Shown one piece after another: positions 10,525-20,312 of a stretch of 64,000 bases of DNA (positions within the stretch are counted from its first letter, which is position 1; each line of letters opens with the position of its first letter). Source of the DNA: Planctomycetota bacterium (GTDB lineage Bacteria > Planctomycetota > GCA-002687715 > CAIWVZ01); assembly GCA_044222185.1 (NCBI GenBank), contig JBGANV010000001.1, forward strand, positions 1,024,001 through 1,088,000. Direction: 5' to 3'. The notes beneath the pieces were generated by a model. That model saw nothing but the letters and a program-made list of their open reading frames with translations, was not told the DNA's origin and did no database searches. A program made the translations under genes and the position numbers.

Positions 10525-11004
10525 TCAGCGCCGCATGGCGCGCTGGATGTCCCGCTCGGCGTCCCGTTTCTTCATGGACTCGCGCTTGTCGTGGAGCTGT
10601 TTTCCACTGGCGACGGCCAGCGTCACCTTCACCCGGCCGTTCGCATCGAAGTACATCTGCAACGGGATGAGTGTCTTGCCCTTCTGGTCGACCTTGTGCG
10701 CGAGCTTCTCGATCTCGCGGCGGTGCGCCAGAAGCTTGCGGCGCCGCTTGGGTTCGTGGTTCGTCCAGGATGCCGCCGTGTAGAGCGGGATCTCCATGTC
10801 GTTCAGCCAGAGCTCGCCGTGATCGACCGACGCCCAGGCCTCGTCCAGCGACGCGTGGCGCAGCCGCAGGACCTTCACCTCGGTGCCGCGGAGTTCGATC
10901 CCGCAGTCGAGTTTCTCCTCGATCTCGTAGTCGAAGGTCCCGCGCCGGTTCCGGGCGATGACCTTGGACGTGTTCTCATCGGACTTCTTCGCGCCAGACG
11001 ACAT
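10525..11004 (-). CDS. smpB: SsrA-binding protein SmpB
   Basis: NRRGTFDYEI, GIELRGTEVK, NHEPKRRRKLLAHRREI, GKQLHDKRE. Confidence 0.97.
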   Translation of the reverse strand: MSSGAKKSDENTSKVIARNRRGTFDYEIEEKLDCGIELRGTEVKVLRLRHASLDEAWASVDHGELWLNDMEIPLYTAASWTNHEPKRRRKLLAHRREIEKLAHKVDQKGKTLIPLQMYFDANGRVKVTLAVASGKQLHDKRESMKKRDAERDIQRAMRR

Positions 11005-11051
11005 CGGTCCCATCCTACCCGCCGTTCCCTCGCCGCCCGGCCCGACCGGCG

Positions 11052-11080
11052 TTGAAAGTCCCCTGGGACCCCTCCATAAT
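11052..11080 (+). promoter_or_regulatory. Sigma70-like promoter of tRNA-Leu
   Basis: TTGAAA-N17-CATAAT followed by a GC-rich discriminator, 11 nt before the tRNA. Confidence 0.7.
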
Positions 11081-11091
11081 GCGCGCCCACT

Positions 11092-11178
11092 GCCGCGGTG
11101 GCGAAATTGGCAGACGCGCAAGGTTCAGGTCCTTGTGCCCGATTAAAGGGCTTGGGGGTTCAAGTCCCCCCCGCGGCA
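11092..11178 (+). tRNA. tRNA-Leu(CAG)
   Basis: Acceptor GCCGCGG/CCGCGGC-A, anticodon arm CAAGG-TTCAGGT-CCTTG, long variable arm, GGGGG-TTCAAGT-CCCCC; CCA not encoded. Confidence 0.95.
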
Positions 11179-11189
11179 TCACCGGCTCC

Positions 11190-11516
11190 TCAGGCGGAGC
11201 CGGACTTGCTCTTCAGGCGCTTGTCGGTCGGATCGATCCGACAGTCTCCGCGGACGTTCGCCTGACACGCGAGTCGCATTCCCTCGGCCGCCGCCGGCGC
11301 CCGCTGTTTCTCGAGCGGGGTCGGCGGGGACAACGACGACGCACCTTCCAGCACCCTCACGGCGCACGTCCCACACTCGCCCTTCCCGCCGCAGTTGAAC
11401 ATGCCGCGAACGCCGTCGTAGAGGCGGGCGCCCTCGCGAAGCATGGCCTCGCGCAGATTTGCGTTGTCGGGGACGACGAGCGTCCGACCGGTGGATTCGA
11501 TCTTCACGATGGGCAC
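11190..11516 (-). CDS. 2Fe-2S ferredoxin
   Basis: CGGKGECGTC…RLACQ cysteine pattern; overlaps mnmG stop. Confidence 0.9.
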   Translation of the reverse strand: MPIVKIESTGRTLVVPDNANLREAMLREGARLYDGVRGMFNCGGKGECGTCAVRVLEGASSLSPPTPLEKQRAPAAAEGMRLACQANVRGDCRIDPTDKRLKSKSGSA

Positions 11517-13348
11517 GACGGCTCCTCGGTCGCCTCGGAGGCGGCGCGGCTGACTCGCTTCATGTGGATCATGAGAAGGTTGATGTCGGCGGGCGAGATT
11601 CCCGAGATGCGACCCGCCTGACCGATGGTCGTCGGTCGCACGCGGCTGAACTTCTGCCGGGCCTCGGCACGCAGCTGAGGCACGGTCGCGTAATCGAGCG
11701 TTGCCGGAATGGCGTGGGTCTCGGCCTCCCGAAGCTTCTCCACCGCGTCGCGCTCGCGCTCGATGTAGCCCGCGTAGCGACCCTCGATCTCCAACTCCTC
11801 CCGATCGGCCGTCGTGAGTCCGTCCGCGAGCCCGGCTCCCCCGTCTCGAAGCACCTCGTCCAGAGTGACGCTCTGAATGCGCAAGCGCTCGAAGAGCGAC
11901 CGTCCGTCCATGCGCGTGGTCTCGAGGGCCGTGCGCACCCGACCAAGCCGTTCGCTGCGCGCCCGGGTCAGCTCGAGCTGCGAGTTGGAGAGGATGCCGA
12001 TCCGTTCGGCATGGGGCAGGAGGCGTACGTCCGCGGACTGGTGGCGCAACAGCAGCCGATGTTCCGCGAGCGACGTGAACATGCGGTACGGCTCCTCGAC
12101 GCCGCGGGTGACGAGGTCGTCCACCAACACTCCGAGATAGGCCTCGCCTCGCGAGAGCACGACAGGCTGTCGTCCAAGGAGCGCATGCGCGGCGTTCACG
12201 CCAGCGAGGAACCCCTGCCCCGCGGCCTCCTCGTATCCCGTCGTCCCGTTGATCTGGCCCGCGAGGAAGAGGCCGCGGACCCGGCGCGTCTCCAGCGTGC
12301 GATCACATTCGGTCGGATCGACGTGAACGTACTCCACGGCGTACCCCCACTGCACGATCTCCGCGCGTTCGAGCGCTGGGATCGAGTGGACGAGCGCTTC
12401 CTGGACGTCGCGCGGCAACGACGTGCTGATCCCGTTGGGGTAGACGAGGTCACTGTCGAGTCCCTCCGGTTCGAGGAACACCTGATGCGACGGCTGCTGC
12501 GCGAATCGGAAGATCTTGTCCTCGATGGACGGGCAGTAGCGCGGCCCGGTGCCCGTGATGCGACCCGTGAACAGCGGCGAGCGATCGAGACCGCTGCGGA
12601 TGATGGCGTGCGTCTCGTCCGTCGTGCGCGTGATCGCGCACGCCACTTTCGAAGCCGGGCCCGGCTGTCGTTCGAAGGAGAAGTAGACGGGGTCGGCATC
12701 CGACGGCTGGGCTTCCGTGCGCGCCCAATCGATGGTGTCGGCCCGAAGCCGCGGCGGCGTTCCGGTCTTCAGCCGCGCCACGCGGAACGAGAGCTCGCGC
12801 AACCGATCCGCGAGTCGATGCGACGCGCGCTCGCCGACGCGCCCACCGACGGACGTCTCGAGGCCGACGTGCAGGACGCCGCCGAGGAAGGTCCCCGTCG
12901 TGAGCACGACGGCCCGCGCATCCAAGCGGTTTCCATCGGCCAGCTCCACACCTCGAACCCGGGCGTCCTCGACGATGAGGTCGACGACCTCGGCTTCGAT
13001 CGTCGTGACCCCCGCGCGGGCGACCTCGGCCTGAGCCTCGGCTTCATACAAAGCGCGATCGTTCTGGCACCGCGGCGACTGAACGGCCGGTCCCTTGCTG
13101 CGATTGAGAAGCCGATGGTGGATCGCCGACCGGTCGGCGAGTTTCCCCATGACCCCGCCGAGGGCATCGACCTCCCTCACGATCTGTCCCTTCGCGATCC
13201 CCCCGATGGATGGGTTGCAGGACATCCTGCCCACGGCCCCGCGGTCGAGCGAGAGCAATGCGACCGAGAGCCCCGTTCGCGACGCCGCACAGGCGGCCTC
13301 GACGCCGGCATGCCCTCCGCCCACGACGACCACGTCGAAGGACGGCAC
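11504..13348 (-). CDS. mnmG: tRNA uridine-5-carboxymethylaminomethyl modification enzyme MnmG (GidA)
   Basis: VVGGGHAGVEAA, MSCNPSIGG, RLKTGTPPRL, GPRYCPSIEDK, AGQINGTTGYEEAAGQG, EPYRMFTS; start could be 13348 or 13372. Confidence 0.97.
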   Translation of the reverse strand: MPSFDVVVVGGGHAGVEAACAASRTGLSVALLSLDRGAVGRMSCNPSIGGIAKGQIVREVDALGGVMGKLADRSAIHHRLLNRSKGPAVQSPRCQNDRALYEAEAQAEVARAGVTTIEAEVVDLIVEDARVRGVELADGNRLDARAVVLTTGTFLGGVLHVGLETSVGGRVGERASHRLADRLRELSFRVARLKTGTPPRLRADTIDWARTEAQPSDADPVYFSFERQPGPASKVACAITRTTDETHAIIRSGLDRSPLFTGRITGTGPRYCPSIEDKIFRFAQQPSHQVFLEPEGLDSDLVYPNGISTSLPRDVQEALVHSIPALERAEIVQWGYAVEYVHVDPTECDRTLETRRVRGLFLAGQINGTTGYEEAAGQGFLAGVNAAHALLGRQPVVLSRGEAYLGVLVDDLVTRGVEEPYRMFTSLAEHRLLLRHQSADVRLLPHAERIGILSNSQLELTRARSERLGRVRTALETTRMDGRSLFERLRIQSVTLDEVLRDGGAGLADGLTTADREELEIEGRYAGYIERERDAVEKLREAETHAIPATLDYATVPQLRAEARQKFSRVRPTTIGQAGRISGISPADINLLMIHMKRVSRAASEATEEPSCPS

Positions 13349-13457
13349 GGATCGTTGGACGACGGGATTCACGCCGCGGGTTCTACCACAGCGCCGCCGG
13401 GCCCCGGTCTCCTCACGATCGTCCCGGGTCCGCGGTGCGCGTGGTATGACTGGCGCC

Positions 13458-14246
13458 ATGGGCCCCGACCTCTTCCTCGAAATCGCCCGCCTGCGCCGCG
13501 ACCGCATTCCCGCGGCACTCGCCACGATCATCGGAACGAAGGGCTCGACGCCGGCAAAGGTCCCCGCGCGGATGCTGATTTTCCCCGATGGACGGATCCT
13601 CGGGACCATCGGGGGCGGTTGCGTGGAAGCCGAGGTCATCCGTGCGGCGCTGGACGTTCTCGACACGGGACATCCCCGTATCATGCCGTTCCACCTGCAC
13701 GGCGAGGATGCCGAGCGAACGGGCATCGCCTGCGGAGGAACCGTCACCATCATGGTCGAGTCGTTGGACGAACCCCGCGTGATCCTCATCGGTGCCGGCC
13801 ACGTGGCTCAGGCCGTCGCCGGGCTGGCATCGACCGTGGGGTTCCGTGTGACCGTAGTCGATGACCGCCCGGACTTCGCGAACGCCGCCCGGTTCCCAAC
13901 CACCGACGAGGTCGTCGTGTCGGAGCTGACCGAGCTCGGGCGGAACCTCCGCGTCGCACCGAGCTGTTCCGTCATCTGCATGACTCGCGGTCACGCCGAG
14001 GACCTCGTGGCCCTGCGCTGGGCCCTCTCGACCGACGCGCGGTACGTCGGGGTTCTCGGGAGCCGCAGCAAGCGCGTGCAGTTTCGCGAGACGCTCCGCG
14101 CGGAAGGCGTCTCGGACGCAGTGATCCAGGCGATTCACATGCCCGTCGGGCTCGATCTCGGCGCGGAGACGGTGGACGAAATCGCCGTGGCCATCGTCGG
14201 CGAGTTGATCCGTGAACGCCGCAAACGCGGAGCTGCGATTGGCTGA
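13458..14246 (+). CDS. XdhC/CoxI family molybdoenzyme accessory protein
   Basis: GTIGGGCVE, CGG, IGAGHVA, DDRP, MTRGH, YVGVLGSRSK, PVGLDLGAET..EIA. Confidence 0.9.
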   Translation: MGPDLFLEIARLRRDRIPAALATIIGTKGSTPAKVPARMLIFPDGRILGTIGGGCVEAEVIRAALDVLDTGHPRIMPFHLHGEDAERTGIACGGTVTIMVESLDEPRVILIGAGHVAQAVAGLASTVGFRVTVVDDRPDFANAARFPTTDEVVVSELTELGRNLRVAPSCSVICMTRGHAEDLVALRWALSTDARYVGVLGSRSKRVQFRETLRAEGVSDAVIQAIHMPVGLDLGAETVDEIAVAIVGELIRERRKRGAAIG

Positions 14247-15843
14247 CGCGGACGCGTTCGCGAAGGCGGCAACGACCATCGCGCGAGTCCTCGCGCGATG
14301 GGAATCGCGCACTGGGCCCGAGGAGTTCGCTTCCCTCCTCGTGGCGGCGGCGCAGGCCGAGGTGCCCGAATGCGTCGTCGTCCTCGCGACGCTGCACGGT
14401 GCCGTCGGCCGAGGACCAGCGGTGAGCCCGCGGATCGACGGGCTCCGCCTCGCCGGGCCTCGGCCCTGGAACGAGCGGCACGAGCAGGAGCTGCTCTCCG
14501 CCGGCAGCGTCAGGCTCGAGCCGAAGGATTGGACGAACGACCACTGGCGAAGCTGGTGGACGAAGGTCGGTTCGCCGGCGCGCCTGTTCGCTTTGCGCCG
14601 CGCGTTCGACTGGCCGGCCGTGCTCGTCGTCTCGGTTCCGGATGCCGAGGCGGGATGCGGGTTCCCATTTCCGGAGTTTGCGAAACAGGTCGACGACGTC
14701 CTCGCAGGAACATCCGGCGGTCCAGCGCTCGCCGCACTCGCGGAAACGGAGAAGCTCGCGATGATCGGACGTCTCTTGTCCGGAGTCGTCCACGAGCTGG
14801 GCAGTCCGCTCCAGTCGATCATCAGCCTCGCGGAAGTGCTCGAACGAGCGCCGGACCGGCCCGACCGCGCGAGCCTCGCCAACGCGATCCTTCGGGCCTC
14901 GTTGCGTTGCAAGGACATCGCGTCCGAGATCCTCGGCTTCGCTCGCCGAGAGACGAGCGAGCCGCGCGCTGCGAACGTCGAGGAAGTGCTTCTCGACGTG
15001 CTCGAGCTCGATCGGTTCGCGCCGCCGGGGGACGTGGAATTGCGACTCGACCCCATGACGGCACCGCTCTACGTGGGACTCGAACGGGCCCGTCTCGCGC
15101 AGATCATCCTCAACCTCGTCGCGAACGCGCGCCACGCGCTGGCGTCGACGCACAGGCATGGGCACATCCTCATCCAGGCGACGGCCCACGGAAGCGGCGA
15201 CTCCGGCGTCGTGCGGATCATCGTCGACGACGACGGACCCGGCGTGGCCGGCGCGCTTCGGGACCGGATCTTCGACGCTCTCGTGACGACGAAACCCGCA
15301 GGCGAAGGAACGGGGCTCGGTCTCTACGTGTCGAGGAGGATCGCTCAGGAGGCCGGCGGGCGTCTCTATCTCGACGACAAGCCCGGACCGGGCGCGCGCT
15401 TCGTGCTCGAGCTTCCGTTGACCAACTCACCGGTGACGACGCAGACGGGGGCTCCGCCGCCCTCGAGGCTCGCCCCTCGCCGGGTCCTGGTCGTCGACGA
15501 CGACCAGGAACTCCTGGACACCTACCGGCTCGTCCTCGAGCCCGCCGGCCACGCCGTCGTCTCGGTCGACCGCGCGCGGACGGGCTTGGATTGGATTCGC
15601 CGCAGCGAGTTCGACGTCATCCTCTGCGACGTCCAGCTACCCGACCTCGACGCCGGAACGTTCCTGCGCGAGGCGGAACGGCTGCGCCCCGGCGTGTCGG
15701 CGCGGATCGTCTTCGCGACGGGCGACGTCACCCGCGAATCCACGCGGCGTCTCCTGGAGGCGGTGCCGCAACCGCCTCTCGTGAAACCGTTCCGGATCGA
15801 GGAACTCGAGCGGGCCATCCGGGACGCGGCACCCGGAGGCTGA
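14212..15843 (+). CDS. Cytoplasmic hybrid sensor histidine kinase with C-terminal receiver domain
   Basis: H-box VHELGSPL, N-box QIILNLVANA, DDGPG, TTKPAGEGTGLGL, receiver VLVVDDD…DVQLPD…KPF; start uncertain. Confidence 0.9.
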   Translation: MNAANAELRLADADAFAKAATTIARVLARWESRTGPEEFASLLVAAAQAEVPECVVVLATLHGAVGRGPAVSPRIDGLRLAGPRPWNERHEQELLSAGSVRLEPKDWTNDHWRSWWTKVGSPARLFALRRAFDWPAVLVVSVPDAEAGCGFPFPEFAKQVDDVLAGTSGGPALAALAETEKLAMIGRLLSGVVHELGSPLQSIISLAEVLERAPDRPDRASLANAILRASLRCKDIASEILGFARRETSEPRAANVEEVLLDVLELDRFAPPGDVELRLDPMTAPLYVGLERARLAQIILNLVANARHALASTHRHGHILIQATAHGSGDSGVVRIIVDDDGPGVAGALRDRIFDALVTTKPAGEGTGLGLYVSRRIAQEAGGRLYLDDKPGPGARFVLELPLTNSPVTTQTGAPPPSRLAPRRVLVVDDDQELLDTYRLVLEPAGHAVVSVDRARTGLDWIRRSEFDVILCDVQLPDLDAGTFLREAERLRPGVSARIVFATGDVTRESTRRLLEAVPQPPLVKPFRIEELERAIRDAAPGG

Positions 15844-15947
15844 CGCCGCGCCAGCCCGCGAAGCTTCCCAGGCGGAAACCTTCGCGCCCCGCTCCGGGGG
15901 CCCGGGCCTTCCCGCGTTCGGCGCGCGGTTGCTAACCTGCCGCCACC

Positions 15948-17321
15948 ATGAGTCCAGTGGACGTCCTCAATCCGGCCGCCGCATTCCACACCGACCCGGC
16001 GCAGGTGCACGAGACCCTTCGGCGCAAGCTCCTGGTCGACGGCTTCGACTTCGTGTTCGATCCCGAGAGAAGTCACGGGGCGACCCTCGTCGACTCCCGT
16101 TCCGGTCGTTCGTTCGTCGACCTGTTCAGCTTCTTCGCGTCCATGCCTGTCGGGTTCAACCACCCGAAGATGCGCGACCCGGCGTTTCTCACCCGGTTGA
16201 CGTCGGCCGCGGTCCACAAGCCGACGAACTCGGACGTCTACACGCAGGCCATGGCGGACTTCGTCGTGGCCCTGTCACGCACGCTGCCCGTTCCGGCCGG
16301 CGCCAAGGAGAGTCCGTTCGTCCACCTGTTCTTCGTGGAGGGTGGAACGCTTGCCGTCGAGAACGCGCTCAAGGCCGCCTTCGACTGGAAGGTCCAGAAG
16401 AACCTGCGGCGAGGGCTGCCCGAGTCCGTCGGGACGAAGGTCCTCCACTTCCAGAACGCATTCCACGGACGCTCGGGGTACTCGCTCTCCCTCACGAACA
16501 CCTTCGACTCCCGCAAGACGCGCTACTTCCCCAAGTTCGAGTGGCCGCGCATCCCCACGCCAGCGCTCAGCTTCCCGGCGACTGCGGAGAGCGTCGCGCG
16601 GACGGCGGACGCCGAGCGGGTTGCCATCTCGTTGATGAAGGACGCGCTCGCTCGCCACAAGAACGACATCGCATGCGTCATCCTGGAGACGATCCAGGGT
16701 GAGGGTGGGGACAACCACTTCCGAACGGAGTTCCTCAAACAGCTGCGCCAGCTGTGCGACGAGGAGGAGATCGTCCTCATCTTCGACGAGGTCCAGTCCG
16801 GATTCGGCCTCACGGGGAAATGGTGGGCGCAGGAACACCACGGCGTCTACCCGGACATCTTCTCCTTCGGAAAGAAGACCCAGGTCTGCGGGATCGCGGC
16901 GACGACGCGCGTCGACGACGTCGACTCGGTCTTCAAGATCCCGAGCCGCATCAACTCGACGTGGGGTGGAAACCTCGTGGACATGGTCCGATGCACCCGC
17001 TACATCGAGATCATCGAGCAGGAGAACCTGCTGGCGAACGCCGCGTCGACGGGCAAGTACGTCCTCGGAACGCTCGAGGCGATCGCGGCCGAGTTCCCCG
17101 GCAAGATGTTCAACATCCGAGGCCGCGGGCTCATGTGCGCCTTCGATCTCGCCTCGCCCGAGTCGCGCGACCAGCTGCGCAAGCACCTCTACGACGAGGG
17201 CGTGGTGATCCTCGCGTGCGGAGCACGCAGCCTGAGATACCGCCCCGTCCTCGACTTCACGACGGCCGACGCCGACAAGGCGGCCGAGGCCATTCGCCGT
17301 GCGATGCGGAAGCTGACATGA
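15948..17321 (+). CDS. lat: L-lysine 6-transaminase (class III aminotransferase)
   Basis: DLFSFFASMP, HKPTNSDVY, AVENALKAAFDWK, FHGRSGYSLSLTNT, IQGEGGDNHF, DEVQSG, FGKKTQVCG, RINSTWGG. Confidence 0.92.
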   Translation: MSPVDVLNPAAAFHTDPAQVHETLRRKLLVDGFDFVFDPERSHGATLVDSRSGRSFVDLFSFFASMPVGFNHPKMRDPAFLTRLTSAAVHKPTNSDVYTQAMADFVVALSRTLPVPAGAKESPFVHLFFVEGGTLAVENALKAAFDWKVQKNLRRGLPESVGTKVLHFQNAFHGRSGYSLSLTNTFDSRKTRYFPKFEWPRIPTPALSFPATAESVARTADAERVAISLMKDALARHKNDIACVILETIQGEGGDNHFRTEFLKQLRQLCDEEEIVLIFDEVQSGFGLTGKWWAQEHHGVYPDIFSFGKKTQVCGIAATTRVDDVDSVFKIPSRINSTWGGNLVDMVRCTRYIEIIEQENLLANAASTGKYVLGTLEAIAAEFPGKMFNIRGRGLMCAFDLASPESRDQLRKHLYDEGVVILACGARSLRYRPVLDFTTADADKAAEAIRRAMRKLT

Positions 17322-18577
17322 TGCGAGTCTCCCCTCTCGCCTTCGTGGCCTCGACGATCTTCCTCGCAGCCGTGGCCCATGGGCAGAACCCTGCCCCCAC
17401 ACCTCCGCCGACGGATTTGGAGGACCTGCGGGATTGGGCCCGCGGCAGGCTCGAGTCCCAGGAGGGGGCCTTCAAGGACATGCTGGCGAAGTCGCTTCCG
17501 ATCCTCGGGTCGTCGGCGGGCAACGATACGCCGGTCGTCCGTGAGACCATCGGCAAGCTCGCGGAGCGCGCCGCCGTGTTCCCGACCATCGTGCTCGACC
17601 GTCTCCTGTCGGAAAAGAACGAGACGGTGCGTGCCCGACTCGGCGACGTGCTCGCAGCGACCGGCGACCCGTCCATCACCCCGATGTTGCTGTCGCGTGC
17701 GGCGACGAGCGACGAAGCGGTCGCCGCGTCGCTCGTGAACGTCCTGGGCCGGCTGAGGTCGCACGAGGTCGCCCCCGCGCTCGAGGCGACGCTGGCGACG
17801 GAGAAGCGGCTGCTCGTCGTCGCCGAGCTCATCCGGGCGCTGGCGCGTTGCGAGTCGAAGGACGCACTGGCGACGGCACGGGCCAACCTCGCGCACGTCG
17901 ACACGAAGGTCCGCCAGGCGGCGATCGACGCCCTGGGACTGGTCGGCCAGGGTCGGGAGGACGTCGAGAGCCTGCGCAAGCTCGCCGCGGGCAGCGACCC
18001 CGCGCTCCGCGACGCGGCCCTGCGGTCCCTGGGCCGGTTCAAGGGCGACTTCGACGCCCTGAAGACGCTTCACGACGCCGTCAACACCTCGGATTCGGCC
18101 GCCGTCGGCGCCGCGCTGGACGGCCTCGAGACCGCTGGCACGAAGGACCTGAGCCCCAAGTTCATCCTCCAAGCCGTGAAATCCGGTCCCGCCGATCAGC
18201 GGGAACGCGCCGCCCGCCTCCTCATGCGCTTCAACAATCCGGACGGTGTCAAACACCTCTTTGCGAAGGAACGATCGGACGCCGAGAAGAACCCCGAGGA
18301 CCGGGACCTGCAGATGCTCGTCGCCGACCGTTACCGCGAATTCGGGTGGTACGAGGGGGCCGTTCCGTTCTACGACCGAGCGCTCGCGGCCCGCGGTGGT
18401 GTGGGGACGCAACAGGTCCTGGTCGCGCTTGCGCGCTCCTACGCGCGCCTGAAGCGCTTCGACGAGGCCCGCAAGAAGCTCAAGCAGGCCGGCTACACGA
18501 CGTTCCGCGGTTTCGCCGACGACGCGGACTTCGCCGAGATGCGCGAAGCGCAGGGGTTCAAGGACAACTTCCGCTGA
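17318..18577 (+). CDS. Exported HEAT-repeat protein with C-terminal TPR
   Basis: Signal peptide; repeated VRQAAIDALG/LRDAALRSLG helices; ATGA overlap with lat stop. Confidence 0.8.
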   Translation: MMRVSPLAFVASTIFLAAVAHGQNPAPTPPPTDLEDLRDWARGRLESQEGAFKDMLAKSLPILGSSAGNDTPVVRETIGKLAERAAVFPTIVLDRLLSEKNETVRARLGDVLAATGDPSITPMLLSRAATSDEAVAASLVNVLGRLRSHEVAPALEATLATEKRLLVVAELIRALARCESKDALATARANLAHVDTKVRQAAIDALGLVGQGREDVESLRKLAAGSDPALRDAALRSLGRFKGDFDALKTLHDAVNTSDSAAVGAALDGLETAGTKDLSPKFILQAVKSGPADQRERAARLLMRFNNPDGVKHLFAKERSDAEKNPEDRDLQMLVADRYREFGWYEGAVPFYDRALAARGGVGTQQVLVALARSYARLKRFDEARKKLKQAGYTTFRGFADDADFAEMREAQGFKDNFR

Positions 18578-20014
18578 TCAGCCGTCCAGCCGGTTGACAT
18601 CCGACTCCGCGGTCGCGTAGGGATCCACAGGCTCGTCTTCGCGACGTTCGGCCTGCATCTGGAGCGACTGAAGCACCCGAAGGAAGGCCGGGTGCGCCTC
18701 GTCGTACTTCTCCGCGGGCGCGCTGCAGAGCAGCACGAAGCAGCGATCCCGTCGCGGAACGAGGAATCCGAGCGTCTTCAGGGTCGTCCCACGGCGCTTG
18801 CCGTCGACGATGAAGCGAAGCCCCTCGGTCGCTCCGAACCGCCCGGGGGTGGGGCCGACGAGCGAGAACCCGTCGGTGCCGCGCTGGAGGCGTCCGATCA
18901 CGCGCATCGCCGCGTCTTCCTCGGTCGTGCCGCGACGGAACGTGCGGAGGTCGAAGACGTCGACCGTGGCCCGCCATCCCGCCTTGACCAGAGATGCGAT
19001 CGTGTGCTTGGCGGGGTCGCCCGCCTGGACCTCCCAGCTTGGATCGGGCCGCTGGAGCCGGAGCCCCGAGTCGTCGCAGCTCACCGACAGCCCCAGGTCG
19101 TCCGCACCCGCCTTCGCGTCGCCGGCTGCGAACGCGCGGACGTTCTCTGCCGTCGTGCGCAAGGCCACGAGGTTCCGGGTGCCGAGTTCCTCGCGCATCA
19201 ACCGCCCCATGAGATCGAACCAGACCTCCGTCGTCTGCTCCGACGACTTGCGCCGCAGCACGATGACGTCGCGGACCTCGTTCTGGAGGGATACGCGCTC
19301 CATGTTGCGGGTCACAACGACGTCGTCGAATCGGATCTCCTTCGGATCGAAGACCCGGAACGTGGGGAACCCGCCGTTGGGCGTCGCCTCGAGTGCGAGC
19401 CGGCCCCACAAGAAACCCGGAAGCTCCACGCCCTTCCGAAAGAGGGCCTGCGTCTCGCTGACGGTCGCACCCGCGCGCTCGGTGATTCGAAGGAAATCGC
19501 CTTCGCGGACGCCCTCGGCAAGCCTCGACGTCACGCCCGCGAGAAGCCGCTGCTCGAACGAGCGTGGCGTCAGCTCGCTGTCGACGAACTCGGTGAGGAC
19601 CAGGTCGAGATCGGGCGGGCCGCCGTTCGTCGCCGTGAAGACCATCCGATCGATTCGCAGATAACCCGCCACGTCCTTGCGGACGTCACGGCGCAGGGAA
19701 ACGGTGCGATAGCCGACGCGTTTGCCGGACTGGTAGAGGAAGAACGCATCCTCCGAGTCCCGAAACCGCGTCAACCCCGCAAGCACGGACGACTGCTCGG
19801 GTCGCGACTCGGACGCCTCGGCCCGCTTGATCTCGGCGATCAGCTCGCGCCGCAGCTCCATGACTCCGCCAGCGAGCTGGATCGTCACGGACTTGGGCGT
19901 CTCCGCCACGATTCGCCCCTCGAACGTCGTGCCGCTCTTGAGGCGGAGTTGATCCGTCTGGGCCATTCCGATGAGCGGAAGAAACGCGACGCACGCGACC
20001 GTCCAAGCCTTCAC
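18578..20014 (-). CDS. Exported hypothetical protein
   Basis: GTG start with AAAGGGG RBS; signal peptide followed by DQLRLKSG..FEGRIV motif; stop abuts the convergent gene. Confidence 0.75.
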   Translation of the reverse strand: MKAWTVACVAFLPLIGMAQTDQLRLKSGTTFEGRIVAETPKSVTIQLAGGVMELRRELIAEIKRAEASESRPEQSSVLAGLTRFRDSEDAFFLYQSGKRVGYRTVSLRRDVRKDVAGYLRIDRMVFTATNGGPPDLDLVLTEFVDSELTPRSFEQRLLAGVTSRLAEGVREGDFLRITERAGATVSETQALFRKGVELPGFLWGRLALEATPNGGFPTFRVFDPKEIRFDDVVVTRNMERVSLQNEVRDVIVLRRKSSEQTTEVWFDLMGRLMREELGTRNLVALRTTAENVRAFAAGDAKAGADDLGLSVSCDDSGLRLQRPDPSWEVQAGDPAKHTIASLVKAGWRATVDVFDLRTFRRGTTEEDAAMRVIGRLQRGTDGFSLVGPTPGRFGATEGLRFIVDGKRRGTTLKTLGFLVPRRDRCFVLLCSAPAEKYDEAHPAFLRVLQSLQMQAERREDEPVDPYATAESDVNRLDG

Positions 20015-20312
20015 GGGATCGATCCCCTTTTCCGAGGCCCCTGCCGTTCGCCCCTGCGGCCCGCACACGAGCGACGGACCAGGGGCCGACCGAGCCGGGC
20101 TCCACTTCGAGACCATCGGGGCGGAACCCGACCCGACTTGAAAGAAAATCAGCCCCGAAGCTTCGCGCGTGGACACTTCTGACGGTCGCCGCCGCCGCCT
20201 ACAGTTGCGCTCGTTCGAACGGCGAAGGCCTCGATCCGATCGACCGCCGACGCCGCGGGAAACACAAGGCCCTGGCCCTGACCCGGGTGCCAAGTCTCGA
20301 AGAGGTCGACAC

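Noticed and set aside
10040-11200. Island integrated at ssrA or tRNA-Leu
   Set aside because: No integrase, duplicated 3' end or compositional shift next to either RNA gene
11459-13864. 801-aa plus-strand ORF and similar long ORFs (3932..5365, 8094..9500, 21816..23426, 26541..28103, 33146..34876, 38739..40391)
   Set aside because: Antisense or off-frame shadows of well-supported genes, expected in high-GC DNA; no motifs
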